Of a stretch of 64,000 nt of DNA, positions 16,401 to 36,627 are shown one piece after another. Every line of letters starts with the position of its first letter. The first letter of the stretch is position 1. This DNA comes from the human T2T-CHM13v2.0 reference genome, Homo sapiens. The notes beneath the pieces were generated by a model. It was not told the origin of the DNA. It worked only from the letters and a program-made list of their open reading frames with translations, and made no database searches. Location: NCBI RefSeq assembly GCF_009914755.1, contig NC_060927.1. One strand, written 5' to 3'. Made by a program: the position numbers and the translations under genes.

Positions 16401-19070
16401 AAGGCAGAAATAAAGATGTTCTTTGAAACCAATGAGAACAAAGACACAACATACCAGAATCTCTGGGACATATTTAAAGCAGTGTGTAGAGGGAAATTTA
16501 TAGCACTAAATGTCCACAAGAGAAAGCAGGAAAGATCTAAAATCGACACACTAACATCACAATTAAAAGAACTACAGAAGGAAGAGCAAACAAATTCAAA
16601 AGCTAGCAGAAGGCAAGAAATAACTAAGATCAGAGCAGAACTGAAGGAGATAGAGACACAAGGAGATTCGGCAAACCGAATCCAGCAGCACATCAAAAAG
16701 CGTATCCACCACAATCAAGTCGGCTTCATCCCTGGCATGCAAAGCTGGTTCAACATATGCAAATCAATAAACGTAATGCATCACGTAAACAGAAACAATG
16801 ACAAAAACCACGATTATCTCAATAGATGCAGAAAAGGCCTTTGACAAAATTAAAAACCTTCATGCCAAAAATTCTCAATAAACGAGGTATCAATGGAACG
16901 TATCTCAAAATAATAAGAGCTATCTATGACAGACCCACAGCCAATATCATACTGAATAGGCAAAAACTGGAAGCATTCCCTTTGAAAACGGGCACAAGAC
17001 AGGCATGCCCTCTCTCACCACTCCTATTCAACATAGTATTGGAAGTTCTGTCCAGGGCAATCGGGCAAGAGAAAGAAATAAAGAGTATTCAATTAGGAAA
17101 TGAGGAAGTCAAATTGTCCCTGTCTGCAGATGACATGATTCTGTATTTAGAAAACCCCATTGTCTCAGCCCAAAATCTCCTTAAGCTGAGAAGCAACTTC
17201 AGCAAAGTCTCAGGATACAAAATAAATGTGCAAAAATCACAAGCATTCCTATACACCCTTAACAGACAAACAAAGAGCCAAATCATGAGTGAACTCCCAT
17301 TCACAATTGCTTCAAAGAGAATAAAATACCTAGGAATCCAACTTACAAGGGATGTGAAGGACCTCTTCAAGGAGAACTACAAACCACTGCTCAATGAAAT
17401 AAAAGAGGACACAAACAAATGGAAGAATATTCCATGCTCATGGATAGGGAGAATCAATAGCATGACAATGGCCATACTGCTCAAAGTAATTTATAGATTC
17501 AATGCCATCCCCATCAAGCTACCAATGACTTTCTTCACAGAATTGGAAAAAACTACTTTAAAGTTCATATGGAACCAAAAAAGAGCCCACATTGCCAAGA
17601 CAATCCTAAGCAAAAAGAACAAAGCTGGAGGCATCACACTACCTGACTTCAAACTATACTACAAGGCTACAGTAACCAAAACAGCATGGTACTGGTACCA
17701 AAACAGAGATATAGACCAATGGAACAGAACAGAGGCCTCAGAAATAACACCACACATTTACAATCATCTGATCTTTGACAAACATGACAAAAACAAGAAA
17801 TGGGGAAAGGATTCCCTATTTAATAAATGGTGCTGGGAAAACTGGCTAGCCATATGTAGAAAACTGAAACTGGATCCCTTCCTGACACCTTATACAAAAA
17901 TTAATTCAAGACGGATTAAAGACTTCAATGTTAGACCTAAAACCATAAAAACCCTAGAAGAAAACCTAGGGAATACCATTCAGGATATAGGCATGGGCAA
18001 GAACTTCATCACTAAAACACCAAAAGCAATGGCAACAAAAGCCAAAATAGACAAATGCGATCTAATTAAACTAAAGATCCTCTGCATGGCAAAAGAAACT
18101 ACCATCAGCGTGAACAGGCAACCTACAGAATGGGAGAAAATTTTTACAATCTACCCATCTGACACAGGGCTAATATCCAGAATCTACAAAGAACTCAAAT
18201 TTACAAGAAAAAAACAAACAACCCCCTCATCAAAAAGTGGGCAAAGGATATGAACAGACACTTCTCAAAAGAAGACATCTATGCAGCCAACAGACACATG
18301 AAAAAACACTCATCATCACTGGTCATCAGAGAAATGCAAATCAAAACCACAATGAGATACCATCTCATGCCAGTTACAATGGCAATCATTAAAAAGTCAG
18401 CAAACAACAGATGCTGGAGAGAATGTGGAGAAATAGGAATGCTTTTACACTGTTGGTGGGAATGTAAATTAGTTCAACCATTGTAGAAGACAGTGTGGCA
18501 AATCCTCAAGGATCTAGACCTGGAATTACCATTTGACTGAGCAATCCCATTACTGGGTATACACCCAAAGGATTATAAATCATGCTACTATAAAGACACA
18601 CGCACACATATGTTTATTGCAGCACTATCCACAATAGCAAAGACTTGGAACCAACCCAAGTGTCCATCAATGATAGACTGGATTAAGAAAATGTGGCACA
18701 TATACACCATGGAATACTATGCAGCCTTAAAAAAAATGAGTTCATGTTCTTTGCAGGGACATGGATGAAGCTGGAAACCATCATTCTCAGCAAACTATCA
18801 CAAGGACAGAAAACCAAACACCGCATGTTCTCACTCGTAGGTGGGAACTGAACAATGAGATCACTTGGACACAGGGCGGGGAACATCACACACTGGGACC
18901 TGTCGCGGGGTGGGGAGCTGGGGGAGGGATAGCATTAGGAGAAATACCTAATGTAAATGATGAGTTGATGGGTGCAGCAAACCAACATGGCACATGTATA
19001 CCTATGTATCAAACCTGCACATTATGCACATGTACCCTAGAGCTTAAAGTATAATAAAAAATAATTTTTT
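13438..19070 (+). mobile_element. Near full-length L1PA (about L1PA6), inactive
   Basis: 5'UTR start gggcattccaagatggc; ORF1 remnants (14749..15255); ORF2 pieces (16080..16844, 16826..18253); 3'UTR; TSD aaaaagccacaaaatc (13422) / aaaaaccaccaaatc (19071). Has stops, frameshifts and an internal deletion. Confidence 0.93.
13547..13873 (-). other. L1 ORF0 homologue (antisense ORF in the L1 5'UTR), 108 aa
   Basis: MADAPPPARLPSCSLISECCASSEQGFVGVGPAEPG resembles recalled ORF0 (MAGAPPPASLPPCSLISDCCAS...). ATG in gcaATGg context. Expression unknown. Confidence 0.7.
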
Positions 19071-19164
19071 AAAAACCACCAAATCATAAAGGTAAACAAT
19101 AAAAGAATAGAGAAATAGAGATATAAAAGCAGTCAGAAAATCATTAACAAAATGAGTAAGTCCT

Positions 19165-21252
19165 TTTTTTAAAACTTTTAATTTCAGAGGTACCTGTGTA
19201 GGTTTGTTACATAGGTAAACTTACGTCATGGGGGGTTGTTATACAGAATATTTATGACCCAGATATTAGGCCTAGTACTCATTAGCTATTTTACCTGATG
19301 CTCTCCCCTCCTCACACCCTCCACCTTCTGAAAGGCTCTAGCATGTGTTGTCCCCTTCTGTGTCCATGTATTCTCATAACTTAGCTCCCACTTATAAGTG
19401 AGAACATGCAGTGTTTGGTTTTCTGTCCTCCATTAGTTTGCTAAGGATAATGGCCTCCAGCTCCATTCAAGTCCCTGCAACAGACATGATCTCATTTTAT
19501 GGTGTATATGTGCCACATTTTCTTTATCCAGTAAAACATTACTGGGCATTTAGATTGATTCCATGTCTTTGCTATTATAAATACTGCTGCAATAAACATA
19601 TGTGTGCATGTGTCTTTATAATAGAACAATGTATATTCCTTTGGGTAAATACCCAGTAATGGGACTGCTGGAGTGAATGGTACTTCTGTCTTTACATCTT
19701 TGAGGAATGGCCACAATGTCTTCCACAATGGGTGAACTAATTTACACTCCCACCAACACTTTATAACCATTCCTTTTTCTCCACAACCTCACCACCATCT
19801 GTTACTTTTGGAGTTTTTAATAGTAGCAATTTTGACTAGTGTGAGATGGTATCTCACTGTGGTTTTGATTTGCATTTCTCTAATGATTAGTGATGTTGAG
19901 CTTTCTTTCATATGATTGTTGGCTGCATGTACGTCTTCTTTGGAAAAGCACTTGTTCATGCCCCCCTTGGCCCACTTTATAATGGGGTTGTTTTTTGCTT
20001 GTAAATTTGTTTAAGTTAATTATAGATGCAGTATATTCGACTTCTGTCAGATGCATAGTTTGCAAAAATTTTCTCCCATTCTGTACACTGTCTGTTTACT
20101 CTGTTGACAGTTTCTTTTGGTGTGCAGAAGCTCTTTAGTTTAGTTAGATCCCATTTGTCAATTTTTGCTTTTGTCCCAATTGCTTTTGGTATCTTTATCA
20201 TGAAATCTTTGCACGTGCCTATCTCCTGAATGGTACTGCCTAGGCTGTCTTCCAGAGTTTTCAGTTTGAGGTTTTACATTTAAGTCTTTAATCCATCTCG
20301 AGCTAATTTTTGTATATGGGCTAAGGAAGGGGTCTAGTTTTAATTTTCTGCATATGGCTAACCAGTTATCCCAGCACCATTTATTGAATAAGGAATCCTT
20401 TCCCCATTGCTTGTTTTTGTCAGGTTTGCCAAAGATCAGATAGTTGTAGGTATGCAGTCTTATTTCTGGGCTCTCTATTCTGTTCCATTGGTCAGTGTGC
20501 CTGTAGCATAGCTTGAAGTTGGATAGCATGATGCCTCCAGCTTTGTTCTTTTTGCTTAGGATTGCCTTGACCATTCAGGCTCTTTTTTGGTTCCATATGA
20601 ATTTTAAAATAGTTTTCTCTAGTTCTGTAAAGAATGTCATTGGTAGTTTCATAAGAATAGCATTAAATCTATAAATTGCTTTGGGCAGTATGGCCATTTT
20701 AAAAATATTGATTGTTCCTATCCATGAGCATGGAATGTGCTTGTGTCATCTCTGATTTCTTTGAACAGTGTTTTGTAGTTCTCCTTGAAGAGATCTTTCA
20801 CCTCCCTCCTTAGATGTATTCCTAGGTATTTTATTCTTTTTGTGGCAGTTCTGAATGAGTTCGTTCCTAGTCTGGCTCTCAGTTTGATTGTTGTTGGTAT
20901 ATAGGAGTGCTAGTGATTTTTGGACACTGATTTTGTATGCTGAGACTTTGCTGAAGTTGCTTATCAGTTTAAGAAGCCTTTGGGCTGAGAATATGGGGTT
21001 TTCTAGATCTAGGATCATGCTGTCTGCAAATAGGAATAGTTTGACTTCTTCTCTTCCTATTTAGGTGCCTTTATTCCTTTCTCTTACCTGACTGTCCTGG
21101 CCAGGACTTCCAATACTATGTTGAATAAGAGTGATGACAGTGGGCATCCTGGTCTTCTGGCAGTTTTTAAGGGGAATACTTCCAGCTTTTGCCCATTCAG
21201 TATGATGTTGGCTGTGGGCTTGTCATACATGGTTCTTATTATTTTGAGGTAT
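19165..21252 (-). mobile_element. 5'-truncated older L1PA (about PA13)
   Basis: Reverse 3'UTR plus ORF2 C-terminal ORFs 19492..19770, 20158..20574 and 20746..21018. Confidence 0.88.
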
Positions 21253-21540
21253 ATGAGAGGAATAAGTCTTCACTACCAATAACAACCTGAATGTAACTGG
21301 TTTAAACTCCACAATTAGAAGATTTAGACTGGCTGAATAGATAAAACACAAGACCCAACAGAATGCTGCCTACAAGAAACTCACTTCACCTATAAAGACA
21401 CACATGAAGTGAAAGTGAAGGGATGTGATGGATACATATATATATCCCATGTAAATGGAAACCAAAAGTATGCAGGAGTAGCCATACTTACATCAGACAA
21501 ATAGGCATTAAGTTACCAAAAAAACTTAAAAAGAGACAAG

Positions 21541-22150
21541 ACAGTGTGGTGATTCCTCAAAGATCTAGAAGCAGAAATGCCATTTGACCCAGCAATCCCA
21601 TTACTGGGTATACACCCAAAGGAATATAAATCATTTTATTATAAAGATACATGCACTCATATGTTCACTGCAGCATTATTCACAATAACCAAGACACGGA
21701 ATCATCCCAAATGCCCATCAATGACAGACTGGATTAAAAAAATGTGGTACATGTACATCAGGGAATACTATGCAGCCATAAAAAGGAAAAAGATCATGTC
21801 CTTTGCAGGGACATGGATGGAGCTGGAAGCCGTTATCCTCAGCAAACTAATGCAGGAACAGAAAACCAAACACCACATGTCCTCACTCATAAGTGGGAGT
21901 TGAACAATGAGAACACACTGGTGGGGAATAATACACACTGGAGCCTGTCAGGGGGACGAAGGGAAAAAGAACATCAGGAAGAACAGCTAATGGATGCTGG
22001 TCTTAATACCTAGGTGAAGGGTTGATCTGTGCAGCAAAACACCATGGCACACGTTTACCTATTTAACAAATCTGCACATCCTGCACGTATACCCTGGAAC
22101 TTAAAATAAAATTGAAGGAAAAAAATATATTGCAAAACTTGAAATAAAAA
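21541..22150 (+). mobile_element. 5'-truncated older L1PA 3' end
   Basis: ORF 21577..21903; TSD aaaagagacaa/aaaagaaacaa. Confidence 0.85.
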
Positions 22151-22505
22151 TAAAAAGAAACAAAAAGGTCATCATATATTGATGAAGAGATAAATTCAGC
22201 AAGAGAACATAACAATTATAAACATATTTACACCCAATACAGGAGCACTCAGATAAATAAAGCAAATATGAGAACTAAAGAGAGAGATAAATCCCAATAC
22301 AATGATACTTGGAGAATTAAACATCCCACTTTCAACATGCAGAAGGAAAATAAACCAAAAAAAATTGAACATTTCTGCACTATAGACCAAATGGACCTAA
22401 GAGACATCTACAGAACATTTCATCCACCAGCTACAGATTACACACTCTTCTCACGAGCACAAAGAACATTCTCCATATGTTAGGCCACAAAGGTAACATT
22501 GCCAG

Positions 22506-23605
22506 TTTTTTTATTATTATTATTCTTTAAGTTCTGAGATACATGTGTAGAACATGCAGGTTTGTTACATAAGTATACATGTGCCATGGTGGTTTGCTGC
22601 ACCCATCAACCCGTCATCTACATTAAGTATTTCTCCTAATGCTATCCCTCCCCTTACCCCCAATCCCCCAAAGGCCCCAGTGTGTGATGTTCCCCGCCCT
22701 GTGTCCATGTGCTCTCATTGTTCAACTCCCACTTATGAGTGAGAACATGCAGTGTCTGGTTTTCTGTTCCTGTGTTAGTTTGCTGAAAATAATGGTTTCC
22801 AGCTTCATCCATGTCCCTGCAAAGGACATGAACTCATTCTTTTTATGGCTGCATAGTATTCTATGGTGTATATGTGCCACATTTTCTTAATCCAGTCTAT
22901 CATTGATGGGCATTTGGGTTGGTTCCAAGTCTTTGCTATTGTGAATGGTGCCACAATAAACATACGTGTGCATGTATCTTTATAGTAGAACCATTTATAA
23001 TCCTTTGGGTATATATACCCAGTAATGGGATTGCTTGGTCAAATGGTATTTCTGGTTCCAGATCCTTGAGGAATCGCCACACTGTCTTCCACAAGGGTTA
23101 AACTAACTTACACTCCCACCAACAGTGTAAAAGCATTCCTATTTCTCTACATCCTCTCCAGTATCTGTTGTTTCCTGAGTTTTTAATGATTGCCATTCTA
23201 AATGGCATGAGATGGTATCACATTGTGGTTTTGATTTGCATTTCTCTAATGACCAGTGATGATGAGCTTTTTTTCATGTTTGTTGGCCGCATAAATGTCT
23301 TCTTTTGAGAAGTGTCTGTTCATATCCTTCGCCCACTTTTTGATGGGGTTATTTGTTTTTTTCTTGTAAATTTGTTTAAGTTCCTTGTAGATTCTGGATA
23401 GTAGCCCTTTGTCAGATGGATAGATTGCATAAATTTTCTCCCATTCTGTAGGTTGCCTGTTCACTCTGATGATAGTTTCTTTTGCTGTGCAGAAGCTCTT
23501 CAGTTTAATTAGATCCCATTTGTCAATTTTGGCTTTTGTTGCAATAGCTTTTTGTGTTTTAGTCATGAAGTCTTTGCCCATGCCTATGCCCTGAATGGTA
23601 TTACC
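22506..23605 (-). mobile_element. 5'-truncated L1PA (about PA7/8)
   Basis: Reverse 3'UTR and ORF2 C-terminus (ORF 23246..23581). Confidence 0.88.
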
Positions 23606-23901
23606 TAAAACCTCACCAAATTTTTAAAAATCAAAATAATATGAGTATCTTTGCAGACCACAATGGAAAAAAAAATTAGAAACCAATAACAAGAACTTTG
23701 GAAACAATACAAATACATGGAAATTAAACAACATGCTTCTGAATGACCAGAGTCAGGGAAGAAATTAAGAGGGAAATCAAGAAACATCTTGAAACAAGTA
23801 AAAATATAAATTCAGCATTTAAAACCTGTAACTGCAAAAGCACTATTAAGAGAGAAATTTATAGCAATAAATACGTATGACAAAAAAGTATAAAGATTTT
23901 A

Positions 23902-24268
<367 letters not shown>

Positions 24269-24642
24269 GTTAGTAGAGAAAAAAAAATAAACATCAGAGC
24301 AAAACTAAAGAAAACAGAAAGACTAAAAATATAATACAAAGAATCAGTGAAAAAAAGCGTTGTTTTTTTTAAAGATAATCTTGATAAACAACTGGCTAGA
24401 CTGGCTAACACACACACATACCCTAATAAACAAAATCAGAAATGAAAAAAGAGACATTCCAATTGATACCAGAGAAATACAAAAGATTATCAGAGACTAC
24501 TATGAACAACTACGAGCTAACAAACTGAAAAACTTAGAAAAAGATAGATAAATTTCTGGACACATACAACCTATCGAGACTGAACCAGAAAGAAACAGAA
24601 ACCCTAAACAACCCAATAACAAATAACAAGACTGAGTGAGTA

Positions 24643-24937
24643 GGCCAGCACAGTGGCTTATGCCTGCAATCCCAGCGCTTTGAAAGGCCAAGTTGGGAGG
24701 ACTGCTTGAGTCCAGGAGTTTAAGAACAGCCTAGGCAATACAGCAAGACCCCACCTCTACCAAAAAAAAATTTTTAATTAGCCAGCCATGGTCGTGCATA
24801 CCTGTGATACTAGCTGCTCAGGAGGCTGAGGTGAGAGGATCACTTGAGCCCAGGAATTCTAAGCTAGGCTACAAGGAGAATGATCATGCCACTGTACTAC
24901 AGCCTGGACAACAGAGCAAGACCCTGTCACTAAAGAA
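24643..24937 (+). mobile_element. AluJ
   Basis: Diverged dimeric Alu. Confidence 0.85.
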
Positions 24938-25738
24938 AATTTTAAAAGGTTGAATAATAAAAAGGCTCCCAAAAAAGAAAAGCCCACGACCTGATGGCTT
25001 CATTGCCAATTTCTACCAAACTTACAAAGAAGAATACCAAATCTTCTGAAACTATTCCAAACAATAGAAGATGATGGAATTCTTCCTAACTCATTCTACG
25101 AAGTCATTCCTACCCTTATACCAAAAGAAGACAAGGAAATGCACACAAAAAAGAAAACTTCCAGCCAATATCCCTTATGAAAACAGACACAAAATACCTC
25201 AACAAAATATTATTAATAGCATACCGAATCCAAAAGCACTTTAAAAAGATAATACACCATAATCTAAGTGAGATTGTATTCAGAGATGCAAGAATGGTTC
25301 AACATATGCAAATCAATAAACATGACACATCACATCAATAGGATGAAAAACAAAAACCATGCAGTCACCTCAACAGATGCAAAAAAAAAATTGATAAAAT
25401 AATGTCTCACTTTATGATAAAAATGCTCAAGAAACTAGCTATAAAAAGAACATACCTCAGCAGGATAAAGGTCATATATTACAAATCCACAGCTAACATC
25501 ACACTGAATGAAGAAAAGCTAAAAGACTTCCCTCTAAGAACTGGAACAAAACAGGATGCACATATTCACCATGCTTATTCAACATAGTAATGGAAGTCCT
25601 AGCCGGAGCAATCAGGCAAGAGAAAAAATAAAAGACATCCAAATTGAAAAAGAGGAAGTAAAATTATCCCTCTTTGCAGAAGACACGATCTTATATTTAG
25701 AAAAACCTAAAAACTTCACCAAAAAAGACTCAGATCTC

Positions 25739-26223
25739 AGCTGGGTGCAGTGGCTCACGCCTGCTGTTCCAGCACTTTGGGAGGCCAAGGCAGGAATTCA
25801 AGACCAGCCTGAGCAACATGGCAAGACACCATCCTCTGCAAAACAATTTTAAACAATAAAAATTCGCCAGGCATGATGGCACGTGCCTGTAGTCCCAGCT
25901 ACTTGAGAGGCTGAGGCAGGAGGATGGTTTCCTTGTGCCCAGGAAGATGCAGTGAACTTGCAGATGATCATGCCACTATACTCCAGCTTGGGTGACAGAG
26001 TGAAACTGTGTCAAAAAAAAAAAGAAAGACTCAGATCTCATATGCAGATATGATGAACGACACAAAATCAACATCAAAAATGTAGTGATTATGTGCTAGC
26101 TAATAGGGAGGCTGAGGTGGGATCACCTGAGCCCAGAAAGTGGAGGATGCAGTGAGCCGAGACCGTGCCACTGCACTCCAGCCTGGACAACAGAGTGAGA
26201 CTCTGTCAAAAAAAAAAAAAAAA
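25739..26223 (+). mobile_element. AluJ (25739-26028) and an Alu right-arm fragment (~26095-26223)
   Basis: TSD aaagactcagatctc around the first element; right-arm sequence with A tail. Confidence 0.82.
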
Positions 26224-26296
26224 GTAGAGATTTTATACACCAACAATGAACTAACTGAAAATGAAATCCAGATAGCAATTCCACTTACAACAGCTA

Positions 26297-26297
<1 letters not shown>

Positions 26298-26341
<44 letters not shown>

Positions 26342-26359
26342 CACACAAACAAAAAAAAC
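26298..26359 (+). repeat. Compound (A)n(CA)n microsatellite
   Basis: About 30 A followed by CA repeats. Confidence 0.9.
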
Positions 26360-28199
26360 TAGGAATAAATTTAACCAAAGAAGTAAAAGACCTCCATGAG
26401 GAAAAGTACAAAACACTAATGGAAAAAACTGAAGAGGACAGGAACAAATGCAAGATATATCATGCTTATGAACTGGAAGAATTCATATTGTTAAAATGAC
26501 CATACTATGCAGCAATCTACAGATTCAATGCAATCCCTATCAAAAGACCAATGACTATTTCATAGCAATGAAAGATAATAAACCTAAAATTTGTATGGAA
26601 ACAAGAATCCAAATTGCCAAAACATTCCTGAGAAAACAGAACAAAGCTAGAGGCATCATACTACCTGACTTCAAACTATATTATAAGGCAATGTAACCAA
26701 AACAGCATAGTACTGGTATTAAAAACAGACCCACAGAGCAATGGAACAGAATAAAGAACTCATAAATAAATCCACGTATTTAAAGTAAAATGATTTTCAA
26801 CTCAGGCACCCTAACATACACTGGGTAAGGAACACCCTCTTCAATAAATGGTGCTGAGAAAACAGGATATCCATACGCAGAAAAATAAAACCAGACCCCT
26901 ATTCCTCACCATATACAAAAATCAACTTAAGATGGATTGACAACTTAAATATAATACCTGAAACTATAAAACTACTAAAAGGAAACACCTCAGGACATCG
27001 GTCTAGGCAAAGATTTTATGACTAAGACCTCAAAAGCAAAGCAACAAAAATAGACAATGGCTTCTGTACGGCTAAGGAAACAATCAATAGAATGAAGAGA
27101 CAGTCTAAAGAATAGGAGAAATATTTGCAAAATACTCATCTGATAAGGGACTAATATCCAGAATACACAAGGAACTCAAAAACTCAACAAAAACAACAAA
27201 TCCCGTTAAACAGTGGGCAAAGGGCATGAATAGACATTTCTTAAAAGACATACAAATGGCCAACAGGTACATGAAAAAATGCTCAACATCACTAACCACT
27301 AGGGAAATGTAAATAAAACCACAATGAGATATCGTCTTATCCCAGTCAGAATAGCTATTATCAGAAAGACAAAAAAAAAAAACAGATGCTGGTGAGGATG
27401 CAGGAAAAAAGGAACTCACATACACTGTTGGTGGGAATGTAAATTAGTATAGCTATTATGAAAAACAGTATGGAGATTTCCCCCAAAAAAAAAAAAAACT
27501 AAAAATAGAACTAACCCATGATACAGTAATCCCACTACTGGGTATTTATCCAAAGGAAAGGAAAACAATATTTCAATAAGATACATACACTCCCATGTTT
27601 ACTGCAGCACTACTCACAACAGCAATGATATAGAACCAACCAAACTGCCCATCAATGGACAAACGGATAAAGAAAATATGGTGTATTTACACAATTAAAC
27701 ATAATTTGGCCATAAAAAAGAATAAAATTCTGTCATGTACAGAAACATGGACGCAACTGAAGGTCATTATGTTAAGTGAAGTAAGCCAGAAACAGAAAGA
27801 AAAATATTCCATGTATTCACTCATATGTGGGTGCTGAAAAAGTTGATCTCATGAAGGTAGAGGGTAGAATTATAGATACTAGAGGCTGGGAAGGGTGTAG
27901 AGGGGAGAGGTCACAATGGAGAGAGGTTGGTTAATGGCTACAAACATACAGCTAGATAGAAGGAGTAAGTTCTAATATTCAGTAGTAGAATACGGTGACT
28001 ATAGTTAACATCAATGTATTGTATATTTCAAAGTAACTAGAAGTAAGAACTTGAAATGTTCTCAATACATAGAAATAATAAATGCTTGTGATGATGGATA
28101 TCCTCAACACCCTGATTTGGTCATTACACATTCTTTACATGTAACAAAATATCACATGTATGCCATAAATATATACAAATATTTATAACTTTTTAAAAA

Positions 28200-30770
<2,571 letters not shown>

Positions 30771-30774
30771 AAAT

Positions 30775-33680
30775 CATCATGGTGGACAGGAGGCAGGACC
30801 AGATTGCAGCTACATGCAGAGCAGCTTGCAGAAGCTCTCATTGTGGATTTTAGCCCCAGATCGACAGCAACAACAAACCAGCAATCCCGAGAGGGCCCAC
30901 AGACCCTCTAAAGGATGTGGACTGCTCCTGCAGGACCCAGGAGACACTCCAAATACTGTGAGTGCCCCAACTGCGGAAGTGGGAAAGGGAGACCTCCCTC
31001 TCCCGAACACGTGCCCCCAGTGGAGAAGCTGAAGGTCTGTTTGCGGGAGAAGTTTCCGACCTAACCTGGAGCTGAGCCAATTTAGAGAGCCAGGTGAAAT
31101 ACAGGGGTAGAGGAAGCAGCAAAAAGGCCCTGGGAGCTCGCTGCGTCCCCTAGCAAGCCATTCCTGCCTGGCACCACAGGAATCCATTGGGTGGATGACC
31201 AGAGGAGCAGGGGTATAACTCCACAGGGAGAAGGAAATCTCTAGCAGAACTTTCTAACCATTTGAACGGGGTGAGAAGCCCATTCACACCCTCAGACTGG
31301 AAACAGACTTGGGACTGTTGAGGGGAGCACAGTGGGACAGAGACCGGCCCTTCATTTTACCTGGTAGCTGGGTGAGGTCTGTGACTGTCAGCTTTCCCCC
31401 ACTGCCCTGACAACCTGCATGACTCAGCAAAGGCAGCCATAATCCTCCTAGGTACCCAACTCCAATGACCTGGGAATCTCACCCACACCCCCCACAGCAG
31501 CCAAAACAAGACCCACCCAAGTAGAATCTGAGCTCAGACACGCCTAGCCCCACCTCCACCTGATGGTCCTTCCCTATCCACCCTGGTAGCATAAGACAAA
31601 GGACATATAACCTTGGGAGTTCTAGAGTCTCTCCCACCGCCAGTGCCTCTCTATCCTACCATAGCTGATGCTTTCTGGAAAGGGTCACCTCCTGGCAGGA
31701 GGTCAACCAGCACAAAAATAGAACATTAAAACACCAAAGCTAAGAACCCTCATAGAGTCCATTGCACCCCGCCACTACCTCCACTGGAAAAGGCATTGGT
31801 ATCCACGGCTGAGAGATCCATCGATGACTCACATCACAGGACTCTGTCCAGACAACCCCCAGTATGAGGCCAGAGCTGGGAAGACTCGCTGGGTGGCTAG
31901 ACCCAGAAGAGAGACAACAATCACTGCAGTTCAGCTCACAGGAAGCCACATCCATAGGAAAAGGGGGAGAGTACTACATCAAGGGAATATGCCATGGGAC
32001 AAAAGAATCTGAGCAACAGCCTTCAGCCCTAGACCTTCCCTCTGACAGAGCCTACCCAAATGAGAAGGAACCAGAAACAACTCTGATAATATGACAAAAC
32101 AAGGCTCTTCAACAACCCCCCACCAAAATCACACTAGTTCACCAGCAATGGATCCAAACCCAGAAGAAATCCCTGATTTACCTGAAAAATAATTCAGGAG
32201 GATAGTCATAAAGCTAATCAGGGAGGGACCAGAGAAAGGTGAAGTCCAATGCAAGGAAATACAAAAAATGATACAAGAAGTGAAGGGAGAAATATTCAAG
32301 GAAATAGATCGCTTAAAGAAAAAAAACAATAAAAAGTTCAGGAAACTTTGGACACACTTTTAGAAATGTGAAATGCTCTGGAAAGTCTCAGCAATAGAAT
32401 TAAACAAGTAGGAAGAAAGAAATTCAGAACTCAAAGACAAGGTCTTTGAATTAACCCAATCCAACAAAGACAAAAGAACAAGAAAATATGAACAGAGTCT
32501 CCAAGAAGTCTGAGATTATGTTAAACGACCAAACATAAGAATAATCAGTGTTGCTGAGGAAGAAGAGAATTCTAAAAGCTTGGAAAACATATTCTGGAAT
32601 AACCAAGGAAAACTTCCCTGGCCTTGCTAGAGACCTAGACATCCAAACACAAGAAGTACAAAGAACACCTGGAAATTTCATCACAAAAAGATCTTCACCT
32701 AGGCACACGGCAATCAGGTTACCGAAAGACAAGACAAAGGAAAGAATCTTAAGAGCTGTGAGACAGAAGCACCAGCTAACCTATAAGGAAAACCTATCAG
32801 ATTAACAGTGGATTTATCAGTAGAAACCCTAGAAGCTAGAAGGGAATTGGGGCTATCTTCAGCCTCCTCAAACAAACAATTATCAGACAAGAATTCTGTA
32901 TCCAACGAAAGTAAGTATCATTTATGAAGGAAAGATACAGTTGTTTTCAGACAAGCAAACGCTGAGAAAATTTGCCACTACCAAGCCACCACTACAAGAA
33001 CTGAGAAAAGGAGCTCTAAATCTTGAAACAAATTCTGGAAACACATCAAAACAGAACCTCTTCAAAGCATAAATTACACAGAACCTATAAAATAAAAATA
33101 CAAGTTAAAAAGCAAAAACAAAAAACCCAAGTACACCAGCAACAAAAGTATGATGAATGCAATGGTACCTCACATTTCAATACTAACATTGAATGTAAAT
33201 GGCCTAAATGCTCCATTTAAAAGATACAGAACTGCAGAATGGATAAGAACTCACCAACCATCTGCTGCCTTCAGAAAACTCACCTAGCACATAAGGAATC
33301 ACATAAACTTAAGGTAAAGGGGTGGAAAATGGCATTTCATGCAAATGGACACCAAAAGCGAGCAGGAGTAGCTATTCTTATATGAGACAAAACAAATTTT
33401 AAAGCAACAGCAGTTAAAAGAGACAAAGATGGGCATTATATAATGGTAAAAGGCTTTGTCCAACAGGAAAATATCACAATCCTAAACATATACACACCTA
33501 ACACTGGCACTCCCAAATTCATAAAACAATTACTAATAGACCTAAGAAATGAAATAGACAGCAACGTAATATTAGTGGGGGACTTTAATACTCCACTGAC
33601 AGCACTATACAGGTCATGAAGACAGAAAGTCAAAAAAGACACAATGGATTTAAACCATACCTTAAAACAAATAGACTTAC
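30775..33680 (+). mobile_element. L1PB(a)-type 5' portion (5'UTR, ORF1, start of ORF2 endonuclease)
   Basis: Start catggtggacaggaggcaggaccagattgcagct; ORF1-like ORF 32548..32805; endonuclease-like sequence at ~33160-33680. Confidence 0.8.
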
Positions 33681-33724
33681 CATTTACATATATATATGTA
33701 AAAACATATATTATTTTTTAATAA

Positions 33725-36260
<2,536 letters not shown>

Positions 36261-36275
36261 TTTTTAACGTCATTA

Positions 36276-36627
<352 letters not shown>

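Noticed and set aside
16826-18253. 475-aa ORF as a host gene or active reverse transcriptase
   Set aside because: It is a fragment of L1 ORF2. The upstream EN/RT is frameshifted and deleted, the catalytic motif reads SADD rather than FADD, and ORF1 has stops.
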